A stretch of 64,000 nt of DNA from a virus. The stretch is taken from IMG/VR virus record IMGVR_UViG_3300036781_000418, positions 219,296 to 283,295 of that record; one strand, given 5' to 3'. The position numbers and the translations under genes were made by a program. The notes under the pieces are model-generated. The model saw only the letters and a list, made by a program, of their open reading frames with translations, searched no databases and had not been told where the DNA came from. Below, piece by piece: positions 55,422 to 64,000 of this stretch (positions are counted from its first letter, which is position 1; each line of letters starts with the position of its first letter).

Positions 55422-55928
55422 ATGAAGATCGCGCAGATCAACGAAACGGTTACCCCTGAACGTGCACTTGAAGTGCTGATCAAGGTTCTCAACGAGATCA
55501 TCAATGATAAATCCACGCCACAACCTATGTCCAGTAACCGCTTGGACAAGATGAGCAAGCTATCGCATTCAGCGCAGGAGTGGGGGGCGGCCGCGGCGGT
55601 GGAAAGTTGGAACAAAAACGGCGGCGTCATGCCGTCCATCAACCTTGTCGACGTTAAGCAATTTCACCGGCCGCTAGGCCAGTTGGAAGACGCAAAGTTT
55701 CACGGTTGGCTTGGGCCCAAGCACGGTGAAGAGGCGATAAAGCAGATGCAGGCAATTATAGCAGAATACAGTGAACTGTCTGAAAGACTACAGGCGTTTG
55801 AACTCGCCACAAGCATACTGGCGATCCTTCAAGGTGAAGCTGATGATTCCCGCTCCAACAAGTACACAATCAGTCTAGCCAAAGGCGCCTTCCGTGCGCT
55901 AAATCTAAAGGTGAACGGCACAAGCTAA
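55422..55928 (+). CDS. acidic helical protein, family member 4
   Basis: N-terminus MKIAQINETVTPE. Confidence 0.5.
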   Translation: MKIAQINETVTPERALEVLIKVLNEIINDKSTPQPMSSNRLDKMSKLSHSAQEWGAAAAVESWNKNGGVMPSINLVDVKQFHRPLGQLEDAKFHGWLGPKHGEEAIKQMQAIIAEYSELSERLQAFELATSILAILQGEADDSRSNKYTISLAKGAFRALNLKVNGTS

Positions 55929-55930
55929 TC

Positions 55931-55993
55931 CGTTACAGTTCCCTGGACTTGTTACACTCTAATGATGTACAAGTCCTGGATTGGGTATAGAAT
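55931..55993 (+). promoter_or_regulatory. promoter module copy C: GTTACA-N12-GTTACA, TGTACA, N16, TAGAAT, then conserved leader
   Basis: leader tcaactcatgcaatcaagcaat. Confidence 0.5.
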
Positions 55994-56070
55994 TCAACTC
56001 ATGCAATCAAGCAATAAATCAAAAGCTTGAAAGCAAGTTGAACCCTTACCAAACTTTCTAGGAGCCTACC

Positions 56071-56358
56071 ATGTCGAAGCAAGCCAACCAAATCGCCGCC
56101 CACCGTGTTGCCATGAACGGCCGTGGTCGTATGTCCTTCGGTCGTACCTTCCTCGCCACGCTGCGTGAAGGTAAGAACCACCACGACGCCGGCAAGCTGT
56201 CCGCCTTCATCGTCGCCGCTGGTGTCGCCACGGCCAAGCAGCTGAAGTCGCTCGCTGCCAAGGGCCAGGTTACCCTGGAAACGCTGAACGACGTCGCTCA
56301 TGGCATCGTTACCCTGCTGCCCGCCGATCAACTGCCGGTCCGCACGAACCTGCAATGA
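56071..56358 (+). CDS. small 'SFG...HHD' family protein (95 aa)
   Basis: AAHRVAMNGRGRMSFGRTFL...HHDAGKLSAF. Confidence 0.55.
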   Translation: MSKQANQIAAHRVAMNGRGRMSFGRTFLATLREGKNHHDAGKLSAFIVAAGVATAKQLKSLAAKGQVTLETLNDVAHGIVTLLPADQLPVRTNLQ

Positions 56359-56523
56359 GACAACTCGTCAAAAAGCTTCTGATCGCGTTCATCACCTTTA
56401 CCATGGAAATGGTCCATGGTGATGAACGCTACAGATGCAAACAGGCCCTTGGTCAGAAGCTCTACCTCAAGAAGAGGATGATCCGACGGAGACGCGGCAA
56501 ACACTACGTCTAGGAGAGCAGTT

Positions 56524-57435
56524 TTGAGCTTTTTCAAAAATAAACCCAAAAAGGTAACCGCTGGCCAGCACCAGTCAGTCATGCGCCGCGTGATGCCAAA
56601 GGTTCCACGGCTGACATCTACTGACTACGATCGGCCACAAGAACAAAGTTTGGTGTATACCACTGAACTTGTCAGCGCCGCTTTCGCAAGGCGCTATTGG
56701 TCTAACGACTCATATTCCAAGATCGCCGATGATCTTGGAATATCAATTGAGGAAGCCAAAAAAGCGGTGTCAAAGAAACACAAAGACGCCAAGGTGTATA
56801 AAAGCTGGTGTGATGTTATTCCACCACTTGAGTATAAGACAACAGTGGTTCGTGTTCGACCTGTGAAGGTTGAAGATAAGGCCACAGTGCAGCTGCGGCG
56901 AGAGGCTGACGAAGATGCAGAGGCCGCCTTAGTAGATGGTGAAATTTTGAGGATAATCAAGCGCGATTTAGTTCGCCTTGAAAAGAATCCGCACATGGCT
57001 GAAAAATTTCCACTTGAGTTGATTGCCACAACCTATGAGGTAAGCTTGGCTGTGGTGCAATCAATCGATCGATCTCGTGCCATTTTTCCAATCTTTGGGG
57101 ATGCGCCATCAAAGCTGTCAGCTGAAATTTTAGTGGCGCTTAAGATGCACCATCCAGTCAGTGCGCAGAGAGCCATCGACGAAGCACGGGCAAAGCTGCT
57201 GCCCCATCAGCGAGCAATAATCTCTGAACTGGATAGATGGTATCACGGGGTCAGATACCTTGTCATGACCAACCTTACCTACAACGATACATGGCATGAT
57301 TACGAGCACACAAAGATCACTCATGGTGGTCATACGGTGCTGTTGTTTAAGACTGGCGCCGCTCGACTGCATGCCGCCGCTTTTCTACAAGCGCAAGATC
57401 TGACAGTTAATACCTTAACTGGTTTTGTAGAGTAG
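56524..57435 (+). CDS. hypothetical protein (303 aa)
   Basis: ORF track. Confidence 0.5.
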   Translation: MSFFKNKPKKVTAGQHQSVMRRVMPKVPRLTSTDYDRPQEQSLVYTTELVSAAFARRYWSNDSYSKIADDLGISIEEAKKAVSKKHKDAKVYKSWCDVIPPLEYKTTVVRVRPVKVEDKATVQLRREADEDAEAALVDGEILRIIKRDLVRLEKNPHMAEKFPLELIATTYEVSLAVVQSIDRSRAIFPIFGDAPSKLSAEILVALKMHHPVSAQRAIDEARAKLLPHQRAIISELDRWYHGVRYLVMTNLTYNDTWHDYEHTKITHGGHTVLLFKTGAARLHAAAFLQAQDLTVNTLTGFVE

Positions 57436-57441
57436 ATAGAG

Positions 57442-57702
57442 TCATTTCGAGGAGCAGCCTTGGATGTACATCGTGGCTCCAGGCTGCCCCAGTTTGGCCG
57501 TCATGCCGCCGTTTGAGTTGATCAGGTACACGGTGCCGTCGTAGCAGAACTCCTTGATCCTCAGCTCGGTACCAGCTGAGTTAGCGGCTTGTGGAATCGA
57601 CACGGTGACGGTCGGCGCGCTTGCAGTAGAGGACTCTCCACAGCCGCACACCAGGAGGAGCGCGGCCAGCACGGCGTATTTTCTAGCTGTCATGATGTTC
57701 AT
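57442..57702 (-). CDS. small secreted/lipoprotein-like protein
   Basis: minus ORF; AVLAALLLVCGCGESS signal with Cys; start uncertain. Confidence 0.4.
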   Translation of the reverse strand: MNIMTARKYAVLAALLLVCGCGESSTASAPTVTVSIPQAANSAGTELRIKEFCYDGTVYLINSNGGMTAKLGQPGATMYIQGCSSK

Positions 57703-57839
57703 CCTGTTCTCGTTTCCATTTGAGGTACGGCTCGTACGGCTCCGACCCCCACTCAACCCCATCGCTCCACATGGCGTAGATCACGTTGACCAGCAGGCCA
57801 ACGAGGACTGCCAGACCTAGAGCGATGCAGTACCACATG

Positions 57840-58448
57840 TCAGCGCTTCAGGATTGACCTGAGGACCGTTGAGATGTTCAGGGCGTCGTCCGCGCCGTTG
57901 TGGTGGCGGCCTTGGAACGGCGTGTTCAGGTACTTCAGCGCACCGTCCAACCCCATCTCGCGCCGTAGGTTGTTCTTCAGGGCGAAGAGTGTTTTGACGT
58001 TGAAGTGCGTGCGAGCTCGAGTGAAGGGGCTCTCCTCATACTCGTAGTAGTACGTGAGGTTGTGGTCACGTTCTCCGGTACCAAGAACCCAACGGTCGTA
58101 CTCGCCGTACGAGGCCCAGACGGTCTGGTTGTCCATCTTGAACTCCTTCTGCACAAAGTGCAGGGCCTCTTCGATGTCTTGTCCAGAGTCCACGTCGGCC
58201 TGCGTCCAACCCGTTAGCTGGGTGCAGAACGCCGACACTTTACCGAAGCGCGGCTTCACAAGGACTGAGAGGTTCTGCACCACGCCACCCGACTTTACGT
58301 CGTACAGGGCGCAACCAAGTTCAATGATCTCCTTCTGGAGACCTGGTGGGCCAGTTGGATCAAGCTCACCCGGCTTGACTGGGTCGTTCTTGTCCCAGCA
58401 AAGGGCTTCAACGTCAACTATGAGTATTGTTTTGGCGGCGTCAGGCAT
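57840..58448 (-). CDS. 3'-5' exonuclease, DEDDh (DnaQ-like) family
   Basis: AAGGAG RBS; ILIVDVEALCW (exo I), HNGADDALN (exo III). Confidence 0.65.
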   Translation of the reverse strand: MPDAAKTILIVDVEALCWDKNDPVKPGELDPTGPPGLQKEIIELGCALYDVKSGGVVQNLSVLVKPRFGKVSAFCTQLTGWTQADVDSGQDIEEALHFVQKEFKMDNQTVWASYGEYDRWVLGTGERDHNLTYYYEYEESPFTRARTHFNVKTLFALKNNLRREMGLDGALKYLNTPFQGRHHNGADDALNISTVLRSILKR

Positions 58449-58566
58449 AGTGCTCCTTGAATAGGTTTGACCCAATTATACAGGGCGGAGCACGCTTAGT
58501 GAACCCAAGAATCTTGGTTGAACTTGGGTCTCCGTGATACGATAATCGTGTACTTTTGGAGACCAC

Positions 58567-58785
58567 ATGCGCTCTTTCGCCGCCTTCCTTCCCTGCTGGT
58601 TCCTCTTCCTCCTTGGCACGATTCCCGGCCTACTTGCGGATCACTGTAGATCCGACTACTGGAGTGACTTTTGGTTCAACATCTTCAACGACTGCATGCT
58701 CGGGTCTGTGAGCTGGCAGGCCTGGACGGAGATCACCGACAGCCAGTTCTGGCCATGGGAGCTCTTTGAAGATAAGGACGGCTAG
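58567..58785 (+). CDS. hypothetical protein (72 aa)
   Basis: ORF track. Confidence 0.4.
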   Translation: MRSFAAFLPCWFLFLLGTIPGLLADHCRSDYWSDFWFNIFNDCMLGSVSWQAWTEITDSQFWPWELFEDKDG

Positions 58786-58934
58786 GCGACACGAGGCGAC
58801 GCCGGCTGCATTCAACCGATTCAGGCACAGAGCACAACACCCGAGGGACCAGCTGGTCCCTCGGGTCGTTTCGTGTCGCCGTCAACTGAACCCGCACTAT
58901 CTGCCAGCTAATGCCTCTACGAGCGAGCGCTGTG

Positions 58935-61781
58935 TCACTTCGCCTCAAGGACCGCGACGCGAGCGCGCAGCTCCTGAACTTCCTTGACGAGCAACGGAAC
59001 GAGCTTTGAGAAGTCAACACCCCATGCGTCCGTCTGTGCATCGTCGCCACCGACCTTGACGGCGTCTGGAACAACCTCGAACAGCTCTTGTGCGATGAAG
59101 CCAAGTTGAACATGTGTCGGGTCCGTCTTGAAGTTGAACGACCGAACTTGGATGGCGTCGATGGCGGTGGACTGGCTTACGGCAGGAACGATGTTCTCCT
59201 TCAACCGCTGGTCCGAGGATACGTTGTACAGCACGCCCGTGGTGCCGTTCTGGGTGACACCGCCGATCAAGCCGCCGTTGTAGTAGTACGACGTGTAGCT
59301 TGAACCAGTGGAGGTGCCAGACGTGTGGCCAGTGTAGATGTTCGCAGCACCGGCTCCGGTGATCACGTTCCCGCCGACGTTAGTTGCGATCTGCGATGTG
59401 TCAGTGTACCCAACCAACAGATTACCTGAACCGTCAAGAGTCATCGACTGCGTGAAGGTAATCGCGGTTCCTGCAGTTGGAGTACCGACCGATGAGTACC
59501 ATTGATGGTTCCCTGTGCTTGGTGAGAACTCGTTCAGCCCAGCTTTTGCGGTGAAGCGTGCAATCCAGTTCGCGCCGTTGAAATAGCTGTTGTAGGCGGT
59601 GCCAACGTTCGTAGTACCTGAGTCATAGTGTGCCAAGTACGAGCCGAACTGCATGGCTTTCATGGTGCCCCATGCATCTGGAATGACGTTCAAGCCAAGA
59701 ATACCGTTCGCATCCAACGCCATGGAGGATGTCAAGGTCGCCGCATTCCCGGCGGTGCCTGCTGGGGCCGACTGCCATTGGAACGAACCATTTGACACCG
59801 TGAAGGCAGCGCCACCGGTGGAACCAGCATACGTGTACTGTGATCCAGTGTAGAATAGGTTCTCAATCAAGCGAATTGAATCTCCACGGGCCCAGAGTGA
59901 ACCAGTAGTTCCACTCGTACCGCCAGCACCCGCCGAAGAAAGTTGGATGACCTTTGCCCCTGACTCCCAAGCGCTCGGCGTAACGCCCTGTCCTACGTTG
60001 CCGTTGTTATCAAGGCGAACGCGCTCGGTACCAGTTGGTCCACCAGTGTATAGAGAAAGGAATGCACCTGCACCGATAGACACGCGAGATTCGGTGGTTG
60101 AGCGCAGGTACAAACCAGTCAGGTTTGCTGGGGTGCTGGTGTCACCGATCACCACCGGCGCGGACGCAGCTCCGGCATGAGACACCAACAGGCCGCTAGC
60201 ACCGGTGATGAAGCCAGTTGCCGAAGCACCGATACCAAGTGCCCCACTTAGCAGGCTCTGGTTTGTACCTGACTGGTTGATGAAGTAGTTGCCAGTGAAC
60301 GCAAGGTTGTCGGCGATGGTGGCGTTGTTCGTGCCAACCGTCTGATCAAGCGCATACAGCCCGATCGCACGGGTGATCGTCGAGCCCGCGCCCTTGATGA
60401 TCGCCTGTGATGCGTATCCAGCAACGTACGGCACCGTGAACGCGGAGGCCGCGGTAGCTGGAACTGAGTTTACGCCGATGGCGGCGACCGTCGCCGTGGC
60501 GGTGATCGCCAACGCTGAGTTCACGCCAGTCTGTGACGTACTAGCCAACGGACCAGAGGTGCCAACCGTCAGGGCCGCGGACGAAACGTACGAGCTGGCG
60601 CCGAGCCCGGTTGGCTTGCTGGTGTTCAAGCCGTTTCCATCGTACGTGAACGAGCCAGACGATGTCAGCGCCTTTGAACCACCAGTGTACATCACGCAGT
60701 TCGCCGATAGGTTCGACATCGTAAGGTTGCCGGCCAAGGTGATGCTGCCGCCGATGAACGACGCCACGTTACTCTGTTGGTTGATGAACCATGAGCCAGT
60801 AAAGTTGGTCGTGTCCGCGAGCGTGGCGTTGTTCGTGCCCGCCGTTTGGGTTGGTGCAAGGATACCAACGGTGTTCGTAATCGTCGAGCCTGCACCCTTG
60901 ATGATCGGCGCGCTGTTGAAGTTCGAGACATACGGTGCCGTAAACGTCGCGGCTGAAGTTGACGTTGCTGAGGAGACACCAACCACGGCGACCGTCGCGG
61001 CGGACGTAGCCGTCAACGAAGTCAGCTGGCCAATTTGGGTCGTCGTCGACAGTGGGTTGGTGTTGGCGATGGAGACGGCTGAGTTGGCGGCCGTTGAACC
61101 GGCCAGACCCAACAAGCTGCCACTGGTGATCAGCTGACTGGTGCCCACCTGCAGTCCGTTGACTGGAAGGTTGAGCGTACCCGTCATGGTGTCACCGGTC
61201 TTCTGTACGAAGCCAGTACCCAGCGCACCCGTGATGTCGGAGCTTGTCACCGCGGTGGTACCGGTGACAAGGCCCTTGCCGTTGACCGTCACCTTCAAGA
61301 AGGAACCGGTGCCGCTGTCCGTTTGGTTAGCAAGCGACGAGATGATGTTGACGTTCTGGGAACCGTCGAAGGTGGTCGAGCCGGTGACAGCGCCTGAGAT
61401 GACGATGTTCCGACCAGTCTCAAGCAAGGTCGCCTTGGAGGCGGTGCCGATGAAGTTGGAAGCCGTCACCGTGCCGGTTGAGCTGACGTTGCCGCCTGCG
61501 ACGACGAGCTGACCAACGCCGACGTTCAGACCGTTGGATGGCAGGTTCAAGGTGCCAGTCATGGTATCACCGGACTTCAACACGAACAAGCCGTCGGCGT
61601 CGGTGCTCAGTCGAGCCCAGTCACCGTTCAGGTAGCAGTACATGCCCTTGATTGACAGGTCCGAATCTGAACGGTAGAACAGCTCGCCTTCATCTGGATC
61701 CGATGGAAAGCTAGCACCGGACGCAATGGACGCGTTGGCGATCACCGATCCTTCTTGGATCTGTACACCGTGAAACTTCAT
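58935..61781 (-). CDS. tail fibre protein with C-terminal intramolecular-chaperone (peptidase S74) domain
   Basis: 948 aa, Gly/Thr/Ser/Ala-rich repeats; C-terminus SDQRLKENIVPA...GFIAQELFEVVPDAV. Confidence 0.75.
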   Translation of the reverse strand: MKFHGVQIQEGSVIANASIASGASFPSDPDEGELFYRSDSDLSIKGMYCYLNGDWARLSTDADGLFVLKSGDTMTGTLNLPSNGLNVGVGQLVVAGGNVSSTGTVTASNFIGTASKATLLETGRNIVISGAVTGSTTFDGSQNVNIISSLANQTDSGTGSFLKVTVNGKGLVTGTTAVTSSDITGALGTGFVQKTGDTMTGTLNLPVNGLQVGTSQLITSGSLLGLAGSTAANSAVSIANTNPLSTTTQIGQLTSLTATSAATVAVVGVSSATSTSAATFTAPYVSNFNSAPIIKGAGSTITNTVGILAPTQTAGTNNATLADTTNFTGSWFINQQSNVASFIGGSITLAGNLTMSNLSANCVMYTGGSKALTSSGSFTYDGNGLNTSKPTGLGASSYVSSAALTVGTSGPLASTSQTGVNSALAITATATVAAIGVNSVPATAASAFTVPYVAGYASQAIIKGAGSTITRAIGLYALDQTVGTNNATIADNLAFTGNYFINQSGTNQSLLSGALGIGASATGFITGASGLLVSHAGAASAPVVIGDTSTPANLTGLYLRSTTESRVSIGAGAFLSLYTGGPTGTERVRLDNNGNVGQGVTPSAWESGAKVIQLSSAGAGGTSGTTGSLWARGDSIRLIENLFYTGSQYTYAGSTGGAAFTVSNGSFQWQSAPAGTAGNAATLTSSMALDANGILGLNVIPDAWGTMKAMQFGSYLAHYDSGTTNVGTAYNSYFNGANWIARFTAKAGLNEFSPSTGNHQWYSSVGTPTAGTAITFTQSMTLDGSGNLLVGYTDTSQIATNVGGNVITGAGAANIYTGHTSGTSTGSSYTSYYYNGGLIGGVTQNGTTGVLYNVSSDQRLKENIVPAVSQSTAIDAIQVRSFNFKTDPTHVQLGFIAQELFEVVPDAVKVGGDDAQTDAWGVDFSKLVPLLVKEVQELRARVAVLEAK

Positions 61782-61828
61782 CCCATATCTCCTTGTAGAT
61801 ATGGGTATTTAGGTCCTGGTGTCCCGGT

Positions 61829-62641
61829 TTACCGAACCATGAGCATGACCTGGTTCGTGCCGCCCATGTTCGAGTCAAGGCTGGAACCACCCTGCACGTA
61901 GACGTTTCCAGAGAGCGAGGCACCGTTGCAGAACGCACCTGGGTACCATGCTGGACTAGACACGTTACAGTACGTTGTGGTCATGCCAGTCGCGTTGATT
62001 CCGTAACCACCGACGCTTGGGGTGCAGCAGTCGCGCATGAAGTAGTTGTCGTCAGCCGTCGCGGTAATTGGGAAGCCAAGGTTCGTCTGCATACCAGGAA
62101 AGATTGAACCACCACCGTAGACGCTGGTGTCCTGCTTAAGCACCGCCACGCCCGTGTACGTCTGGGTCGTGTCGCTGTTGAACAGCTGCCCGGCTCCACC
62201 AACGAAGCTGACCATGTAGATGTACGGACCCCAAGAGAAGTCGTCGTTCCGAGCTTGGTTGCCGTACATGTACTGGTAGAAGTTCAAGCCGTTCTGCCAG
62301 AGGCCGTAGATTCCAAGTTGGTAGCAGTTGTTCATGACCGCCAGGGAGCCGATCGCCGGCCCACGCCAGCCCCATGTTCCAGCGGTGGCTAGGGTCGCGC
62401 CTGGGTTGGTGCGAGCGACCAACATCCAACCACCGCCGTCCGTCGTCATGTCGCAGTAGACCTGCACCGCCGAGCCAGCGGGCGGCTTGATCCAGTAGGC
62501 ACCACTTCCAGATGTTGGAAACTGTCGCTTAATCTGCAGGGCTGACGCCCCGGCGTTTACGGCCGTTGAGCCGTCACGCGTTCCAGCTCCACCAACGGTG
62601 ATGTACCCCGCACCAAGGTGCATCGTCTGCTGCATCGTCAT
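61829..62641 (-). CDS. fibrinogen-related-domain (FReD) protein in the tail-fibre module
   Basis: YWIKPPAGSAVQVYCDMTTDGGGWMLVAR matches the fibrinogen C-terminal domain signature. Confidence 0.65.
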   Translation of the reverse strand: MTMQQTMHLGAGYITVGGAGTRDGSTAVNAGASALQIKRQFPTSGSGAYWIKPPAGSAVQVYCDMTTDGGGWMLVARTNPGATLATAGTWGWRGPAIGSLAVMNNCYQLGIYGLWQNGLNFYQYMYGNQARNDDFSWGPYIYMVSFVGGAGQLFNSDTTQTYTGVAVLKQDTSVYGGGSIFPGMQTNLGFPITATADDNYFMRDCCTPSVGGYGINATGMTTTYCNVSSPAWYPGAFCNGASLSGNVYVQGGSSLDSNMGGTNQVMLMVR

Positions 62642-64000
62642 GTCACGTTCCCGTTGATGACACAGGTAGCCGTGTCAATAAACCAAATGGTGGCAAACCC
62701 AAACGGTAGCAGCGTGCGGTTGCCCGTGGCGGTCGTCCCACCAAGGCGTAGTGTCACTCCAGCGTCTTGAATAAGGGTGACCGCCGAGTTGGAGTTGTTG
62801 AAGACGGAGAACGTGGCCCCCGCGGTGCTTGTGCCTACTGTCTGACTGGTTGTAATCACCCAGCACGCACCACGTACAAACCCAGAGGCAACTGGTGGAA
62901 TGTTACGCCAACCAAGCTCTTGGGTGTTGGTCTGGTCGAAGATGCCGTTTTGATTGATCAACATCCGCTCAGTGTAGACCGCCGTCTGGGAGTTGTAGCT
63001 ACCAAACGAGATCGACGTAGGTGACGCACCAGCCGACCCAGCGAAGAGGTTCAACTGAAAGGAGGAGCCTGTACCCATGTCAACTCCGAAGCCGTGCTGC
63101 GCGTTGCCTGGGTTGTCGTACATAAGGGCGCGGACGCCAGTCGTAGTGCCAAGTGAAAGGGCCGCGCTTGGTGACTGCGTGCTGATGCCCAGCTTCGAGT
63201 TGACCGCCACGACTCCAGTGTTCAAAATCGTGATGGCACCGTTTGCCGGCTCCGTATTACCGTTGCCGCCAAGTTCAAGCGTGTTTCCAGGCTTGCCAGT
63301 GAACCAGTACGCCACACCTGAACCGGCGTTCGCCTGCAGAACCATGTTGGCGCTGACTGACGCGGCCCCACGCAGCTGCAGTGGAACGTTGTCAGTCGCC
63401 TGAATCAACAGGTCGCCCGTCATCGTGTCACCAGTCTTCAACACGTTCAGTGAGGCTGCACCGACCACCGAGCCGACGAAGCCTGGGGCCGTGACGTTAC
63501 CGGAGAAGGTGGCTGCCCCAGATGCTCGGTTGACGGCCAGCGCCGTGCTAAGCACGACACCGGTATCGGAGTAGCGAATCAGGCTGAAGTCTGAGCCAAC
63601 GTTCAACCCAGACTCAGCGGTGTTCGTCTTCTGAATCGTCCAACGGTTTGAGTTGGACGTCTGCAAGTTGACGCCGCCCGTCTGTGTCGCAGCCGAGGAG
63701 TTGATGTTGATGACGGGGTTCGCCTTCGTCATCGTCATGTCGCCGCCCAGACCGATCAAGCCGGTGGCGCGTCCAATGGCGAACGGCGTATCAATCAAGA
63801 CGCCGTTGTCGGCGTAGCGTGAGATCAAGAAGGTTGAACCAGCGTTGCCACCCGTCTCGGTGTCGTTGTTCTTACCCACCTGCCAACGCAGCAGACCAGT
63901 TGAAAAGTACTGGGTCAGCGACTGCTTGCCCGAAGCGGCGCTTAGCCGTAGGAACGCGTCCGTAGATGAGCCAATCAACATGTAGCTGCCTGACGACGTG
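62638..64000 (-). CDS. tail fibre protein, 5'-truncated by the window edge
   Basis: minus ORF running off the window end; Gly/Thr/Asn/Ser-rich fibre-like repeats; ATGA overlap with the FReD gene. Confidence 0.6.
   Translation of the reverse strand, partial: TSSGSYMLIGSSTDAFLRLSAASGKQSLTQYFSTGLLRWQVGKNNDTETGGNAGSTFLISRYADNGVLIDTPFAIGRATGLIGLGGDMTMTKANPVININSSAATQTGGVNLQTSNSNRWTIQKTNTAESGLNVGSDFSLIRYSDTGVVLSTALAVNRASGAATFSGNVTAPGFVGSVVGAASLNVLKTGDTMTGDLLIQATDNVPLQLRGAASVSANMVLQANAGSGVAYWFTGKPGNTLELGGNGNTEPANGAITILNTGVVAVNSKLGISTQSPSAALSLGTTTGVRALMYDNPGNAQHGFGVDMGTGSSFQLNLFAGSAGASPTSISFGSYNSQTAVYTERMLINQNGIFDQTNTQELGWRNIPPVASGFVRGACWVITTSQTVGTSTAGATFSVFNNSNSAVTLIQDAGVTLRLGGTTATGNRTLLPFGFATIWFIDTATCVINGNVT

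Noticed and set aside
1-64000. CRISPR arrays, integrase/attachment sites, rRNA
   Set aside because: No regularly spaced direct repeats with unique spacers, no tyrosine/serine recombinase motifs and no rRNA-like sequence were seen in this window.

Overview
High-GC (~58%), densely packed, almost entirely plus-strand coding window that looks like part of a large tailed-phage (jumbo/T4-size) genome or prophage of a Gram-negative host. Two tRNA arrays (810-4072 and 34347-40592, plus a lone tRNA-Arg at 18223) hold about 34 tRNA or tRNA-like genes; several are degenerate or non-canonical. Recognisable products include a CCA-adding enzyme, a Pth2-type peptidyl-tRNA hydrolase, an HNH-RNA ligase fusion, two HAD phosphatases, a class II aaRS-like core, HNH endonucleases, an EndoG-like nuclease, a PPP Ser/Thr phosphatase, a vWA protein, a papain-like peptidase, an SPFH protein, a GNAT acetyltransferase and a DEDDh exonuclease. 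A minus-strand tail-fibre module sits at the 3' end (S74-chaperone fibre, fibrinogen-related-domain protein, truncated upstream fibre), and a minus-strand pectate-lyase-like tailspike sits at 4382-5503. Most ORFs have no recognisable function. Signals not explained by standard annotation: (i) a TAAATAG box recurring at least 14 times in intergenic spacers, twice inside a conserved hairpin directly before a start codon; (ii) three copies of a promoter module GTTACA-N13-GTTACA...TGTACA-N16-TA(G/T)AAT in front of three paralogous genes, one of them histone-H1-like; (iii) a gene family with a shared N-terminus MK[LI]xx[LI]xE[ST]; (iv) class II (long-arm) tRNA scaffolds carrying unexpected anticodons; (v) two PEP-CTERM proteins with host-type promoters. 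All calls rest on manual reading of the sequence and motif recall; no searches were run.
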